A model generated the notes under the pieces. That model was given only the letters and a program-made list of their open reading frames with translations. It was not told the origin of the DNA and ran no database searches. The position numbers were made by a program, and so were the translations under genes. 64,000 nucleotides of DNA from Chiloscyllium plagiosum (taxonomy: Eukaryota), in NCBI RefSeq assembly GCF_004010195.1, contig NC_057757.1:4851346-4915345 (forward strand). The letters run 5' to 3'. Within the stretch, counting starts at the first letter, position 1, and every line of letters starts with the position of its first letter. Below are positions 1-12,185 of this stretch, piece by piece.

Positions 1-804
1 GAGGAGTGTAGAGATGAGGCGGTGGGAGGAGTGTAGAGATGAGGCGGGTGGGAGGATGTAGAGGTGAGGACGATGAGGGAGTGGGAGGAGTGTAGAGGTG
101 AGGACGATGAGGCGGTGGGAGGAGTGTAGAGGTGAGGACTATGAGGGAGTGGGAGGAGTGTAGAGGTGAGGACGATGAGGGAGTGGGAGGAGTGTAGAGG
201 TGAGGACGATGAGGCGGTGGGAGGAGTGTAGAGATGAGGCGGTGGGAGGAGTGTAGAGGTGAGGACGATGAGGGAGTGGGCGGAGTGCAGAGGTGAGGAC
301 GATGAGGCGGTGGGCGGAGTGTAGAGGTGAGGACGATGAGGCGGTGGGCGGAGTGTAGAGGTGAGGACGATGAGAGAGTGGGCGTGGTGCAGAGGTGAGG
401 ACGATGAGAGAGTGGGCGGAGTGTAGAGGTGAGGACGATGAGAGAGTGGGCGGAGTGTAGAGGTGAGGACGATGAGAGAGTGGGCGGCGTGCAGAGGTGA
501 GGACGATGAGGCAGTGGGAGGAGTGTAGAGGTGAGGACGATGAGAGAGTGGGCGGAGTGTAGAGGTGAGGACGATGAGAGAGTGGGCGGCGTGCAGAGGT
601 GAGGACGATGAGAGAGTGGGCGGAGTGCAGAGGTGAGGACGATGAGAGAGTGGGCGGAGTGTAGAGGTGAGGACGATGAGGCGGTGGGCGGAGTGTAGAG
701 GTGAGGACGATGAGAGAGTGGGCGGAGTGTAGAGGTGAGGACGATGAGAGAGTGGGCGGAGTGTAGAGGTGAGGACGATGAGAGAGTGGGCGGCGTGCAG
801 AGGT
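1..804. repeat. G-rich minisatellite, ~33-34 bp unit
   Basis: Tandem copies of gaggtgaggacgatgagagagtgggcggagtgta and variants; array runs off the window start. Confidence 0.95.
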
Positions 805-1839
805 GTGAAATGTAAGGGCTGCACAAACCGTCCTGTACTCACCTTCGCTGTCTTCAAGGACACTTTTTTTTTAATGTGCCTACCTCATTGGACAACCTCA
901 TTGCATGGGCAGCCTGTACTGGCCAGTACTGGGGTTCACTTTGAACACATATCATCGAACCCACATAGTGTGGAAGCAGGATATTCAGCCTACTGAGTCC
1001 ACACTGACCCTCCAAAGAGCATCCTGCCCAGACCCACCCGTCTCACCTTATAACCCTGCAAATCCCATCGCTAATCCACCTGACCTATGCATCTTTGGAA
1101 TTGGGGAGGAAACCGGAGCAAACCCATGCAGACACGGAGAGAATATGCAAACTCCACACATACAGTCGCCTGAGCCTGGGATTGAACCTGGGTCTCTGGT
1201 GCTGTGAGACCTCTGTGCTCACCACTGTTCGCTGTGCATTATGAATTGCAATCTCTGTTTTTGTGTGTATGTTAGTATAGTGCATGTTTATCCTTTCTTT
1301 ATTCATTCAAGTGATGAGGACGTTTATTATTCATACTGAGGGCAGTTAAGAGTCAGTTATGACCGGGTGAGGATGGCAGTTCCCCTCCCTAAAGAACATT
1401 AGTGAACCAGACTGTTTTTTCCCACTATCCACAATGGATTCATGGTCATCATTAGACTTCTAACTCAAATTCCGCTATTTGCAGTGGAGGAATTTGAACC
1501 TAGGCCCTCCCCTTCGTGAACATTACCTGCGTCTTTGGAGTAACAGTCCAGCTATAATACCACTAGGCCATCATCTCCCCATCAGTGGTGCTGGAAGAGC
1601 ACAGCAATTCAGGCAGCATCCGAGGACAGGCAAAATCTGTGCTCTTCCAGCACCACTGATCCAGAATCTGGTTTCCAGCATCTGCAGTCATTGTTTTTAC
1701 ATCATCTCCCCATTACTAGTATTCCCTACCTATAGTAATTGTAGTCCATGTTTTCGTGTGCACAGTAGCTCCTTTGTAAATTAATCGTGGTCCCTGTTCA
1801 CATTGTAGTTTAAATAAGCCTTTTTTTTTGTTCTCACAG

Positions 1840-1924
1840 CAAAGAGACCCTGTGACGATGACAAGGTGCCTGACCTTAAGTCCCATCGTCAAAAGGAACT
1901 GCAGAACAGACAGACGCTGTACAG
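1840..1924 (+). CDS. ALOX12: Arachidonate lipoxygenase, exon (equivalent to exon 3)
   Basis: ttctcacag|...|gtaaca; encodes (A)KRPCDDDKVPDLKSHRQKELQNRQTLYR, the LOX 'R..EL..RQ..Y' motif that follows the PLAT domain. Confidence 0.9.
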
Positions 1925-2263
1925 GTAACAGCAATCGGTCCGTCATAGAGGCCTGTATTATCATGTCCTAATGAAAACCAGGGCGAAGATTTCTCTGCTT
2001 TGTCAACACCAATGAGTCAACTGGTGTAGAAAGATAGTGGACACGTTGACAGATCACAGTGGGGTTGTGGGGAGCGGGTTGCAGTTCAATGGGGGTGGGA
2101 TTCTTGGTGGTTGAAGCCACCACGGACGTGTTCATTTAGGGTTGGACACGAGGATGGGTGATGTGATGACCAGCCTCCCATTGCCCAGGCCTTCAGGATA
2201 ACTCAGAACAGGGGAGTAAATGTGTACAGAACACGCTGTCACGGTTTCCTTCATGTGTCCCAG

Positions 2264-2386
2264 GTGGAAGTTGTGGAAACCAGGGGTAACCAAATGCATT
2301 GAGGCTGATACAGAGACAGACCTTCACCCAGATGTCAAATTTGATGACGATAGACGTTCTGACTTCAAACACTCATTCCATGTGGC
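2264..2386 (+). CDS. ALOX12: Lipoxygenase exon 4
   Basis: cccag|...|gtgagt; WKLWKPGVTKCIEADTETDLHPDVKFDDDRRSDFKHSFHV; phase matches neighbouring exons. Confidence 0.9.
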
Positions 2387-2711
2387 GTGAGTATCACAAA
2401 ATGGCTCCCACGGATAAGAAGGTAGGAAATATAGCCATGCTAATCAAAAAGAGAGGAAGCGGAGGAGACTGAGAACATAAAGGGCCGTTCGATGGTTGGC
2501 AAACAGACTATGATAAATCAAGAGGTTGCCCAGAGGAAAGCATGCAGCATCAATTAACATTTCGGGTTGAGTTAGCCTTACTCAGAATCTGATTTCTCTC
2601 CACAGATGCTGCCAGACCTGCTGAGCTTTACCAGCGATTTTTGTTTTTGTTTCTGATTTACAGCATCTGCAGTCCTTTCAGTTGTTACCCAGCATAAGGT
2701 GTCAATTCAAC

Positions 2712-3080
2712 ATGAGATTTATAAAATCATGAGGGGCATGGATAGGATAAATAGACAAAGGCTTTTCCCTGGGGTGGGGAAATCCAGATCTAGATGGCAT
2801 AGGTTTAGGGTGAGAGGGGAAAGATATAAAAGAGACCTAAGAGGCAACTTCTTCACTCAGAGGTGCTGTGTGTATGGAATGAGCTGCCAGAGGAAGTGGT
2901 GGAGGCTAGTACAATTGCAACATTTAAAAGGCAATTGGATGGGTATATGAATAGGAAGGGTTTGAAGGGATATGGGCCGGGTGCTGGCAGGTGGGACTAG
3001 ATTGGGTTGGGATATCTAGTTGGTATGGACGGGTTGGACCGAAGGGTCTGTCTCCATGCTGTACATCGCTATGACTCTAT
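2712..3080 (+). mobile_element. HER1/CR1 LINE 3' fragment
   Basis: Encodes YKIMRGMDR...SRWHRFRVRGERYKRDLRGNFFTQR and ends in a (ctatga)-type tail. Confidence 0.9.
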
Positions 3081-3253
3081 AAATCAGTTCCCTCTTCTCA
3101 TGCAGCGTAAATTATTGTTCCCTTTGAGACTGGGTATTCTTGCCATTCTGTCCTGATAAGTGCAAGACTAAAAGCATTGACAGCACATCTCTCTCTCTGT
3201 TTCTCTTCATCAGTGTTCATGCCCAGTAAGTTAATCATTGCGCATTTGCTCAG

Positions 3254-3360
3254 TATAGGGGAACTTTTCTTGAAGAAGTTTGTGAACATGTTTGGAGACT
3301 CCTGGGACAGTCTGGAAAGCTTTCAAAGGATCTTCTGGCGAGTTAAGAGTGCAACAGGAA
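3254..3360 (+). CDS. ALOX12: Lipoxygenase exon 5
   Basis: ctcag|...|gtaagt; IGELFLKKFVNMFGDSWDSLESFQRIFWRVKSATG. Confidence 0.9.
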
Positions 3361-4135
3361 GTAAGTAATTGGGAATTTTATGGTTTAAGGCCAAGACTTG
3401 GATACTGAGAATCCTATAGACCAATACAACGAACCATAATTGGGAACTGTATTAACTAATAGGAAAAGGCTGAGCTTGGGAATTCTGTAAGATCTTTTAC
3501 AGTCCTCTCTTGGAATGCCACAGTTTTCTCCTCCGTTCTAATTCCATACTCCACACTACCTCACACACTCTTTCTCCTCCCCATTGGATTGCTAATCAGT
3601 TAAAAACAAGACTTAATTACACCCACCTCCTATCTCCCAGAGTTTCAAAACTCAAAGTCCCAATTTCTGTGGTGCTTATGTCAAAGCCATGTCGAGGTTG
3701 TACAGGACCTTGGTGAGGCCTCTTCTGGAGCACTGTGACCAGTTCTGGTCACCCAGTTTTAGGAAGGACATTGTTCAGAAGAGATTTACCAGGATGTTGC
3801 CGGGTATGGATGGGTTTGAGTTAGAAATGAGAGGCTGGAAAGTCTGGGACATTTTCACTAGAATGTAGAAGGTGGCCTTATAGGAGTTTATAAAATAATA
3901 AGTTGTACAGATAGAGTTAATGGTAGTTGCCTTTTCCCGAGGATGGAGGACTCCAAGACTAGGGGCACATTTTAAGGTGAGAGGAGAGAGATCTTAAAAA
4001 GACAGGAGAGGCAAACCTTTTACACAGACAGTGGCTCGTGTGTGGAATGAGTGGCAGTGTGCTGCATCTCGAAGGAGTCCTGAGATTTTAACAAACGTCT
4101 TTATTCCCCGCCCATCTCACTCTCTTCCTGTCCAG

Positions 4136-4305
4136 ACTTTGTGGTGAAACACTGGAAGGAGGACTGGTTTTTCGGATACCAGTTTAAGAACGGAAGCAAC
4201 CCCTGTATGATCGAGAAGTGCAGGGAGATCCCAGAGAAATTTCCGGTGACAAACGAAATGGTCTGCCAATCCCTCAGAGGCTCCACACTGGAGGAGGAAA
4301 TCAAG
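4136..4305 (+). CDS. ALOX12: Lipoxygenase exon 6
   Basis: tccag|...|gtgagc; HWKEDWFFGYQFKNGSNPCMIEKC...FPVT, a typical LOX motif. Confidence 0.95.
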
Positions 4306-4379
4306 GTGAGCAGGCCTGAATGCACACATTGACTTTTACAACGTCAACAGTGACTACAGTTCCCAGAGGCAGGCAAAAG

Positions 4380-5040
4380 ACGGAGTTAGATACAGAGTAA
4401 AGTTCCTTCTACACCATCCCCATTAAACACTCTCAGGACGGGGACAGCACAGGGTTAGATACAGAGTAAAGCTTCCTCTACACTGTCCCGATTAAACACT
4501 CCCAGGATGGAGACAGTGTAGGGTTAGATATAGAGTAAAACTCCCTCTACACTGTCCCCATCAAATTGCCGCACTACAGGGACAGCATGGGACTAGATAA
4601 AGGGTAAAGCTGCCTCTTAACTATCCCCACTAAACACGCCCAAGACAGGGACAGTACAAGGTTGGATACGGAATAAAGCTCCTCCTACACTGTCCCATCG
4701 AACACTTCCAGGGGAGGGTTAGCACAGGGTGAGATACAGCGTAAAGCTCCATCTACACTGTCCCCATTAAACACTCCCAGGACAGAGACAGCACAGGGTT
4801 GAATACAGAGTGAATCTCCCTCTATACTGTCCCTATCCCAGGACAGGGACAGGATGGGGTTAGGTACAGAGTAAAGTTCCTTTTATACTGTTCCCCCATT
4901 CCAGGACAGGGACAGGATGGGGTTAGATACGGAGTAAAGCTCCCTATAGGCTCACCCCCATCAAACACTCCAGCACACAGGGTTGGATAAAGGGCTTCCT
5001 GTACGCTGTGCCCATCTCAGGACAGGGACAGGATGGGTGG
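4380..5040. repeat. Tandem ~68-70 bp satellite-like repeat
   Basis: About 9 degenerate copies of gggttagatacagagtaaagctccctctacactgtccccatcaaacactcccaggacagggacagcac. Confidence 0.9.
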
Positions 5041-5103
5041 GTTACTTGTTTGCCTGAATTCCTAATCTGTGTCAGGATCACTAAAAACTATTGTTTCTCT
5101 CAG

Positions 5104-5247
5104 AAAGGAAACATTTACATTGTGGATTACAAGGTCTTGGATGGAGTTCCTGCCAATGTAATAAAGGGAGTCCCACAGTACATCGCAGCCCCAATTTGTC
5201 TCCTGTACCAGGATCCCGAGAACAGGCTGATGCCAATTGCTATCCAG
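5104..5247 (+). CDS. ALOX12: Lipoxygenase exon 7
   Basis: ctcag|...|gtagga; KGNIYIVDYKVLDGV...YIAAPICLLY...LMPIAIQ. Confidence 0.95.
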
Positions 5248-6671
5248 GTAGGAGGCAGCACTGGGTGGGGTTCATTATTCACCCATCTTTCTCCAGAGAA
5301 GTGTCTCCACAGATGCCACCACTCTCCCCTTCACAACGTCGCTGTTGAGGGAGAAGGGTAGAGAGAAATAAAATAACAGACTCTGAGATAATCAGACAGA
5401 AGGAGCAGAGAGAGGTACTTGGACAACAGCAAAAAGAGCAAGAGGCTGAGGTTGGAAGGTAGAGAGCGCACAGTGGAGAAAGAGAAAAACAGATAGACAG
5501 GGTAAAGGTCAGTGGGATAGAGACAGAGCTCAAGAGAGCAAGGAGCAGATAGTCAAATGAGGAGACCTAGAAGAAAAACAGAAGAGAGGAAAGAGAGATA
5601 AATTTAAGCAGAACATTTTAATTCTTTTTTGGAGTGTGGCATCACTGGCAATGTCAGCATTTGTACCCGTCTCTGCCCTTGGACTGATGGCTTGCTCAGT
5701 CATTTTAGAGTGCAGTTATGAGAAAACTACTGAAGACAGGAAAGTGTTGGAAATCACAGCAGGTCAGACAACATCTGTGCAGAGAGCTAGCTAATGCTTC
5801 GAGTCCAAACGACTCTTCATCAGAGCCATCTCGAGCCTAAACGTTAGCTTGCTCTCTCTAGTCTCTTTCTCCATGGATATCATCTGACCCTGCTGTGATT
5901 TCCAGAATTTTTTTTATCTCAGTACAGAGTCCAGCATCTGCAGTAATTTTTTCCTACTATGAGAAAACCATGTTGCTGTGGGTGTGGAGTCATTTGTAGG
6001 CCAGATGGGTAAGGAAAGGAGATTTCTTTCCCCAAAGAGGTTTAGTGAACCAGATGGGGTTTGTTCAGATTTCCAGCATCGGGATTTTTTTGGTTTTGTT
6101 TGATGTGATCACCCTCCCCTGGATCTGCATTTTAATCGTGAATTGATTTTTTTTTTAAAAGTTTAGATTTACAATTGAATTCAAAGTCAACCTTCCCTCT
6201 GAAGTGGAATGCTCCAAAGGGAAAGCTGGATCTCCAAATGACTATGCCAACTTACATTACCACTGCAACGCCATCTTCCCATTGGTCAGAATGCACAAAA
6301 GGGGCAGGGGAAGAGAGAACTTGAGCAATCCAGAATGACAGAAAAATCAGGGCGAGAAAGAAACTGGAAGAGAGAAAGTGAAAGAGATATACAATCAGAG
6401 ATGGAGGGAAAAGAGTGAGCTAGAAAGGTGTGGGGGAGAGAGAGAGACAAGCAACATGAAAGAGAGAATGAAAGAATGTGAGAAAAGACAGTAGAAGGGA
6501 CTGAAGAGAGAGACAGTACGAATTGATGGTTGGGGAAAGAGTTATATGAATCGGGAACATCAGGTGGTGTTGAGAAAGGCTCCTAATGGCCAGTTTTGGG
6601 GGGAATTGGCCATATAAACCTAGCTCAGCCTGCCACATGTCCTTATTTCTCAACCAACTCCACATTCACAG

Positions 6672-6875
6672 CTCCACCAAGTCCCAGGATGCGATAACCC
6701 AATTTTCCTGCCCACGGATCCCGAGAATGTCTGGCTCCTGGCGAAGATTTGGGTGCGGAGTTCCGAATTCCAGGTGCACCAGATAGTCTACCACCTGTGC
6801 GGGACCCACTTGCTGGGGGAGACGTTTTGCATTGCCACCCTGAGACAGCTGCCTGCCGTGCACCCCATTTTCAAG
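6672..6875 (+). CDS. ALOX12: Lipoxygenase exon 8 (two His iron ligands)
   Basis: cacag|...|gtaagg; [37 protein letters not shown]...[11 protein letters not shown]. Confidence 0.97.
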
Positions 6876-7036
6876 GTAAGGGGAAGGTGGGAGATTGCCG
6901 TGACACACTCTCTCGGTACTCGACAAAACCTTCCGTGACCAGGGATCTACTTAGGGGGACGCTCGCTGTCGGAAGCAAAGTCTGTGAGGATTAAATTGGC
7001 TTTGTGACATTATTGTCGTCTTCTCTCTGTTTTCAG

Positions 7037-7123
7037 CTCCTCACCCCACACACGAGGTACACACTGGAGATAAACACCCGGGCCAGAAGTGACCTCCTGG
7101 GCGAGGACGGTGTTATTGCCAGG
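7037..7123 (+). CDS. ALOX12: Lipoxygenase exon 9
   Basis: ttcag|...|gtgagt; LLTPHTRYTLEINTRARSDLLGEDGVIAR. Confidence 0.95.
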
Positions 7124-7894
7124 GTGAGTCATCCCTTCTCTCTCCTCCTCTTCAAAATGTGCAATGGGTCCTTCCTTTAATCTCCCTTTAATCATGCTAG
7201 CAACGATAGCAACATAAACCTTTTATTGGGCTCAACCACTTGACAGACTCAGATTAAAAACTCAACCACTGACATTGAGTGAAGCTTAGGTCAAATGTTT
7301 CTGTTGGACAGGAGAATGGCTTTTTCTCTTTGAGTGTTGGAAGGCAAGCTCAAGATCATTGTAGACCTCCAGCAATGCACACGACCCTTGCCATCTTGAC
7401 GATTCATTATGGCTTGGACGTAAGGAAACTGCTCCACAGAACACCGTGTGTTAAATTGTTATCCATGCACCTTGTCATCTTCCAACTTCAGTTTCAAGAT
7501 GATCTTATTTCTCAAAATGTTTTTCACACTCATGGGATGTGGGTGTCTGACTAGGCCAGAATTAATTGTTCATCCCTAATGACCCAGAGAGCAATTAAGA
7601 TCGACACATTGGCTGTGGGTCTGGAGTGACATGTAGGCCAGACTGGGTAAGGCCAGCAAATTTCTTTCTCTGAAGGGCATCAGTGATTCAGACGATTTTA
7701 TCAAGGGTTTTTTGAGACATTTAGGCAAGAATTGTTTTTTAAATTCAGGTTTTCAAAACTTGATTCAAATTTCACTATCTGCCACAATGGGATACAAACT
7801 CATGCCTGAGAACATTTAACCTAATGTTCTGGAGTACTAGAAATTACCATGACAACTCCACCACCATACCTCCCCGTGTTGAACGAGGCATTTA

Positions 7895-9312
7895 AGCATA
7901 GAGTCATACAGCATACAGACCCTTCGGCCCAACCAGTCCATGCCGAACGTAATCCCCAACTAAACTAGTCCCACCTGCCTCAACTTGGCCCATATCCCTC
8001 CAAACATTTCTTATTCATGTACTTATCCAAATGTCTTTAAACATTGTAACTGTACCCGCATCCACCACTTCCTCTGGAAGTTCATTCCACACATGAACCA
8101 TTCTAAAAGAAATTACACCTCATGTCTTAGAGTCATAGAGTCATACAGATGTACAGGATGGAGACAGACCCTTCGGTTCAGTCTGTCCATGCCGACCAGA
8201 TATCCCAACCTATTCTAGTCCCACCTGGCTGCACCCGGCCCGTATCCCTTCAAACCCTTCCTGTTCATATACCCAGCCAGATGCCTTTTAAATGTTGCAA
8301 TTGTACTAGCCTTCACCACTTCCTCTGGCAGCTCATTCCATACACATACCACCCTCTGCATGAAGAAGTTGCCCCTTAGGTCTCTTTTATATCTTTCCCC
8401 TCTCATCCTAAACCTATGCCCTCTAGTTCACCTTTCCGATAGGAAGGAGACCAGAATTGCACACAATATTCCAACAGAGCCCTCACCAATGTCCTGTACA
8501 GTCTTTTTAAAATCTTTTTCCTCTCACCTTAGAAATATGCCCCCTCGTCTTGAAATCCCCTACCCTAGGGAAAAGACACCTGCCATTCACCTTATCTAAA
8601 TCCCTGATGATTTTATAAACCTCCTATAAGGTCACCCCTTCAACCTCCTACGCTCCAGTGAAAAAGTGCCAGCCTATCCAGCCTTTCTCTGTAACTCAAA
8701 CCTTCATTACCTGCCAACACTGGCAAATCTATTCCGAATCCTCACCAGATTAATATGTCCTTTCTATAACAGTAGAAATAAGAACTAAACACAGTACTCT
8801 AAAAGTGGCCTCGCCAATGTCCTGTCCAACCTTAACATGATGTCCCAATTCGTATACTCAAAAAGGACTGAGTAATGAATGCAAGCGCGTGCTGAAAGCC
8901 TTCTTAACCACCCTGTCTCTATGTGACACAAATTTCAAAGAATTATGAACCTGAACCCCTGGGTCTGTCTGTTTTTCAACACTACCCAAGGGTTGAGAGT
9001 GTGGTGCTGCAGAAGCACAGCAGGTCAGGCAGCATCTGAGGAGCAGGAGAATCGACGTTTCGGGCATAAGCCCTTCCTGGTTTATAAACCCATCCAATTC
9101 ATGTACCCATTCAAATATCTTTTAAATGTTGCAATTGTACCAGCCTTCACCACTTCTTCTGGCAGCTTGTTCCATACACCCACCACCCTCTGTGTGAAAA
9201 AGTTACCTTTTTAAATCTTTCCCCTCTCACCCTAATCCTCTGCCCTCTAGTTTTGGACTACCCTACCCTGGGGCAAAGACCTTGGCTATTCACTTGGACT
9301 CTATGACTCTAT
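7895..9312 (-). mobile_element. Cluster of nested CR1/HER1 LINE 3' fragments with a Penelope pLTR piece (~8993-9078)
   Basis: Reverse strand encodes RGERYKRDLRGNFF..RVV..WNELPEEVV; catagagtcatag tails recur. Confidence 0.85.
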
Positions 9313-9461
9313 GCTCCTTGGTAACCACTGGTGTCTGAGAGCTTGCAACCCCAGTATTTTAGCGGGGTGGCAACTCCCTGTTTGGAAAGCTCTGTACCAG
9401 TGCATATAAATGCAGGAATAGGGAATCTGACACTATACCTTTGTTCATTTCTGTTCTCAAG

Positions 9462-9631
9462 GTGGTTGCCTCAGGAGGCATTGGTCAGGATGTCATTGCA
9501 CAAAAAGGGATGCAATTGTTCACCTATCAGGCCATGTGCCTGCCAGACAACCTGAAGGAACGAGGGACTGAAGGGTTAAAGGAATACTATTATCAAGAGG
9601 ATGGTCTCCAACTCTGGTTTGCAATTAATAA
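9462..9631 (+). CDS. ALOX12: Lipoxygenase exon 10
   Basis: tcaag|...|gtaagt; VVASGGIGQDVIAQKGMQLFTYQAMCLPDNLKERG...YYYQEDGLQLW. Confidence 0.95.
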
Positions 9632-11850
9632 GTAAGTTCCTGCAAAGAATCAGGGAGCTGGATTCTTTAATTTGCTTTTATTGATGGGAAGTGTATGCTG
9701 ACAAGGCTTATGTCCATAGCCCGTGAGTGGTTAGCAATGAGCTGCCTTCTTGAATTGTTGCAGCCCATGCCGTGGTGTTGATTCGCCCATAATGCCTTTG
9801 GGACAGGGCTATCAAGGGTTTTGATTCAACAACAAATAGAAATGGCCAACGTACTGCAAAGATCAGGATTGGGTGTTGCTTGGAGGGGAATGCGAAGGGG
9901 GTGGTATTCCCATGTATCCGCTGCCCTTGTCCTTCTAGATGGTCGAGATTGTGGGTTTGGAAGGTTCTGCTGAATGTGCCAAGGAGTCCATTCACAGTGG
10001 ATGGAGGATGCGGGGGTTGTGGGGGGAATGGGGCAAATAGAACGTTTCAAAGACAATTGAGTATAGGAATTGGGATGTCGTGTTGAGCTTGTACAGGATG
10101 TTGGTGAGGCCTGTTCCAGAGTACTGTGAGGAGTTTGAATCATTAGTGTATGGGGAAATAAGTAGCGTATGCTATTGTAATGATCACTCTGTTAATTAAG
10201 CATTGAAATCTGAGACTTGGATCGGAGATGCAGTTTGAAAGGATAATAACTGCCTGGTTAAAATCTTCTAGCATTGTCTATATGTGATGGAAACACATTC
10301 GCTGTGGCCTTGACGGCTTTCTGTATTAGAAGTGAATGTTGGTTATTTTGAAAAGAACTTTTGTTCTTAACCTATGCCTGTTGTCCTGTTCCATTGTAAA
10401 TACTGTGGTGTCTGGGAAACAAATGCTTTCCATTGTGTATCATGGCTCTGTGTATGATGGAGTACCAATAGTTAATGAGAAAATCGATAACTTGTTTTTA
10501 TTCTGCCTCTATATGAGCCCAAACACCTCAGTTGTCAACATAAATACGGACAGTATTGTTGTTATATGACTGAATCAGTTTCGGAAATGAGAATGGAAAA
10601 GGGGACCTGGAGAACCCAATTACAGTCCCTGTAGATCAAACAGAAGCCCTCCAAGACAATTTCAACGGAGCATGAGAGAGATCCTTTAGTGCATGTTATA
10701 TATGCTACCCACTGCTGCCGCTGTGTGTTGGTGGTGAAGGGATTTGATGCTGGTGTTGGTAGAAAGTTGCTTAATCCTGAATTACCAGAACCATACATTT
10801 ATTCCCTGACTTTAACATCGGAATGCGATCACAGGTTCTTGATAAGTGCGCATCACTGCAACTGCAATCTTGCCTCCTTCTCAGTCTTGTTAATCGTTCA
10901 TGATGTTGCATAAGGCATAGGGCCTGAAAGGGTTCATATGAAGCCTTTACATCGCTCTACATAAATGATTAACTCTGGGAGGTGCTGCTAATAATTTGTT
11001 CTATGTTGTTTATCAACTGTTTCCTTCTACAATCATTTATCATAGGTTTAGTTACTATTTATTAGGTGGTAACAATATCTCTTAATCTAGTGCTAATGTA
11101 GTCAAACTAGTCCTAACATCACGTAACCTGTTATCTTACGATTATGTCGTAAACACTTTTTTGTTCCTCCAGTACCTGCATTGTTTTGGAGGTGTATCAG
11201 AGGTTAAACCATCACCATTCAATTCTACAAAGAGCAGCTAGACTAGAATTACAAAAAGGGGAATTCTACCCATAGAAGATACTAGCTGAATCAAGTGTCA
11301 GCTGTGGGCACCTCTTACAACACAATAAATTAAGGGGAACTGATGTGTAGATAGAGGGGGGAAAAAAACTATTTCTTTTGGGTGTGGAGTCAACAGCTAG
11401 AGAACATAGCCTAAATGTTAGAGCCAAGTTTTTCAGAATATAATTCAGAAACATATTGATTATAATCTGCAGAGGCAGAAAAGAAGATAGGAGTAGTTAG
11501 ATAGTTCTTCAAACAAGCCGTCAGAAACATAATGGGTTGAGTAGGCTCCTTCTGTATCAATCACTGGTCTGATCACTGGACCTTCTTGGCTATCCTCTTG
11601 TGAAGGATATGGGGAAGAAGGGAGGAGAATCAATCACAGAGATGACCATTCAGAGAAAGGTCAGTCCTGTGAGTAGGATCGACGGAATCAATGAGGAATT
11701 CCTCCTCCAATCACAGGCTCCTGCGCCCCACCAGCAGCCAACACAGGAGAAGAAGAGAAACAACGAGCAGGCAGGACAGGAATTGGTGGCCATAAGAGGC
11801 TTGCCAAGGCAGAGGGAGGGTTTGTGGCCTTTTGCTATCACTCAAGAGGA

Positions 11851-12185
11851 ATGGTGGTTCAGTGGTTAGCACTGCTACCTCACAGCATTAGGGATCTGGG
11901 TTTGATTCCAGCCTTGTGCGACTGACTGTGTGGAGTTTGCACGTTCTCCCTGTGTCTGCGTGGGTTTCCTCCAGGTGCTCTGGTTTCCTCCCACAGTCCA
12001 AAGATGTGCAGATTAGGTGAATTGGCCATGCTAAATTGCTCATAGCATTCAGGGATGGGTAGGTTAGGTGCATTAGTCAGGGTAAATGTAGAGGCATGGG
12101 TTTGAGTAGGTTACTCTTTGGAATGTCAGTGTGGATTTGTTGGGCTGACTGGCTGTTTCCACAGTAGGGATTCCATGATTCTAGG
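11851..12185 (+). mobile_element. HE1-type V-SINE
   Basis: tRNA-like head tggttcagtggttagcact, V-domain gtgtggagtttgcacgttctccc...ggtttcctcccacagtccaaag, CR1-like tail. Confidence 0.85.

Noticed and set aside
9045..9080. Hammerhead-like pLTR copies at ~9050, 24915, 39180, 43155 and 44165
   Set aside because: Core nucleotides (CUGANGA or GAAA) are deleted or mutated; counted as decayed relics, not ribozymes.
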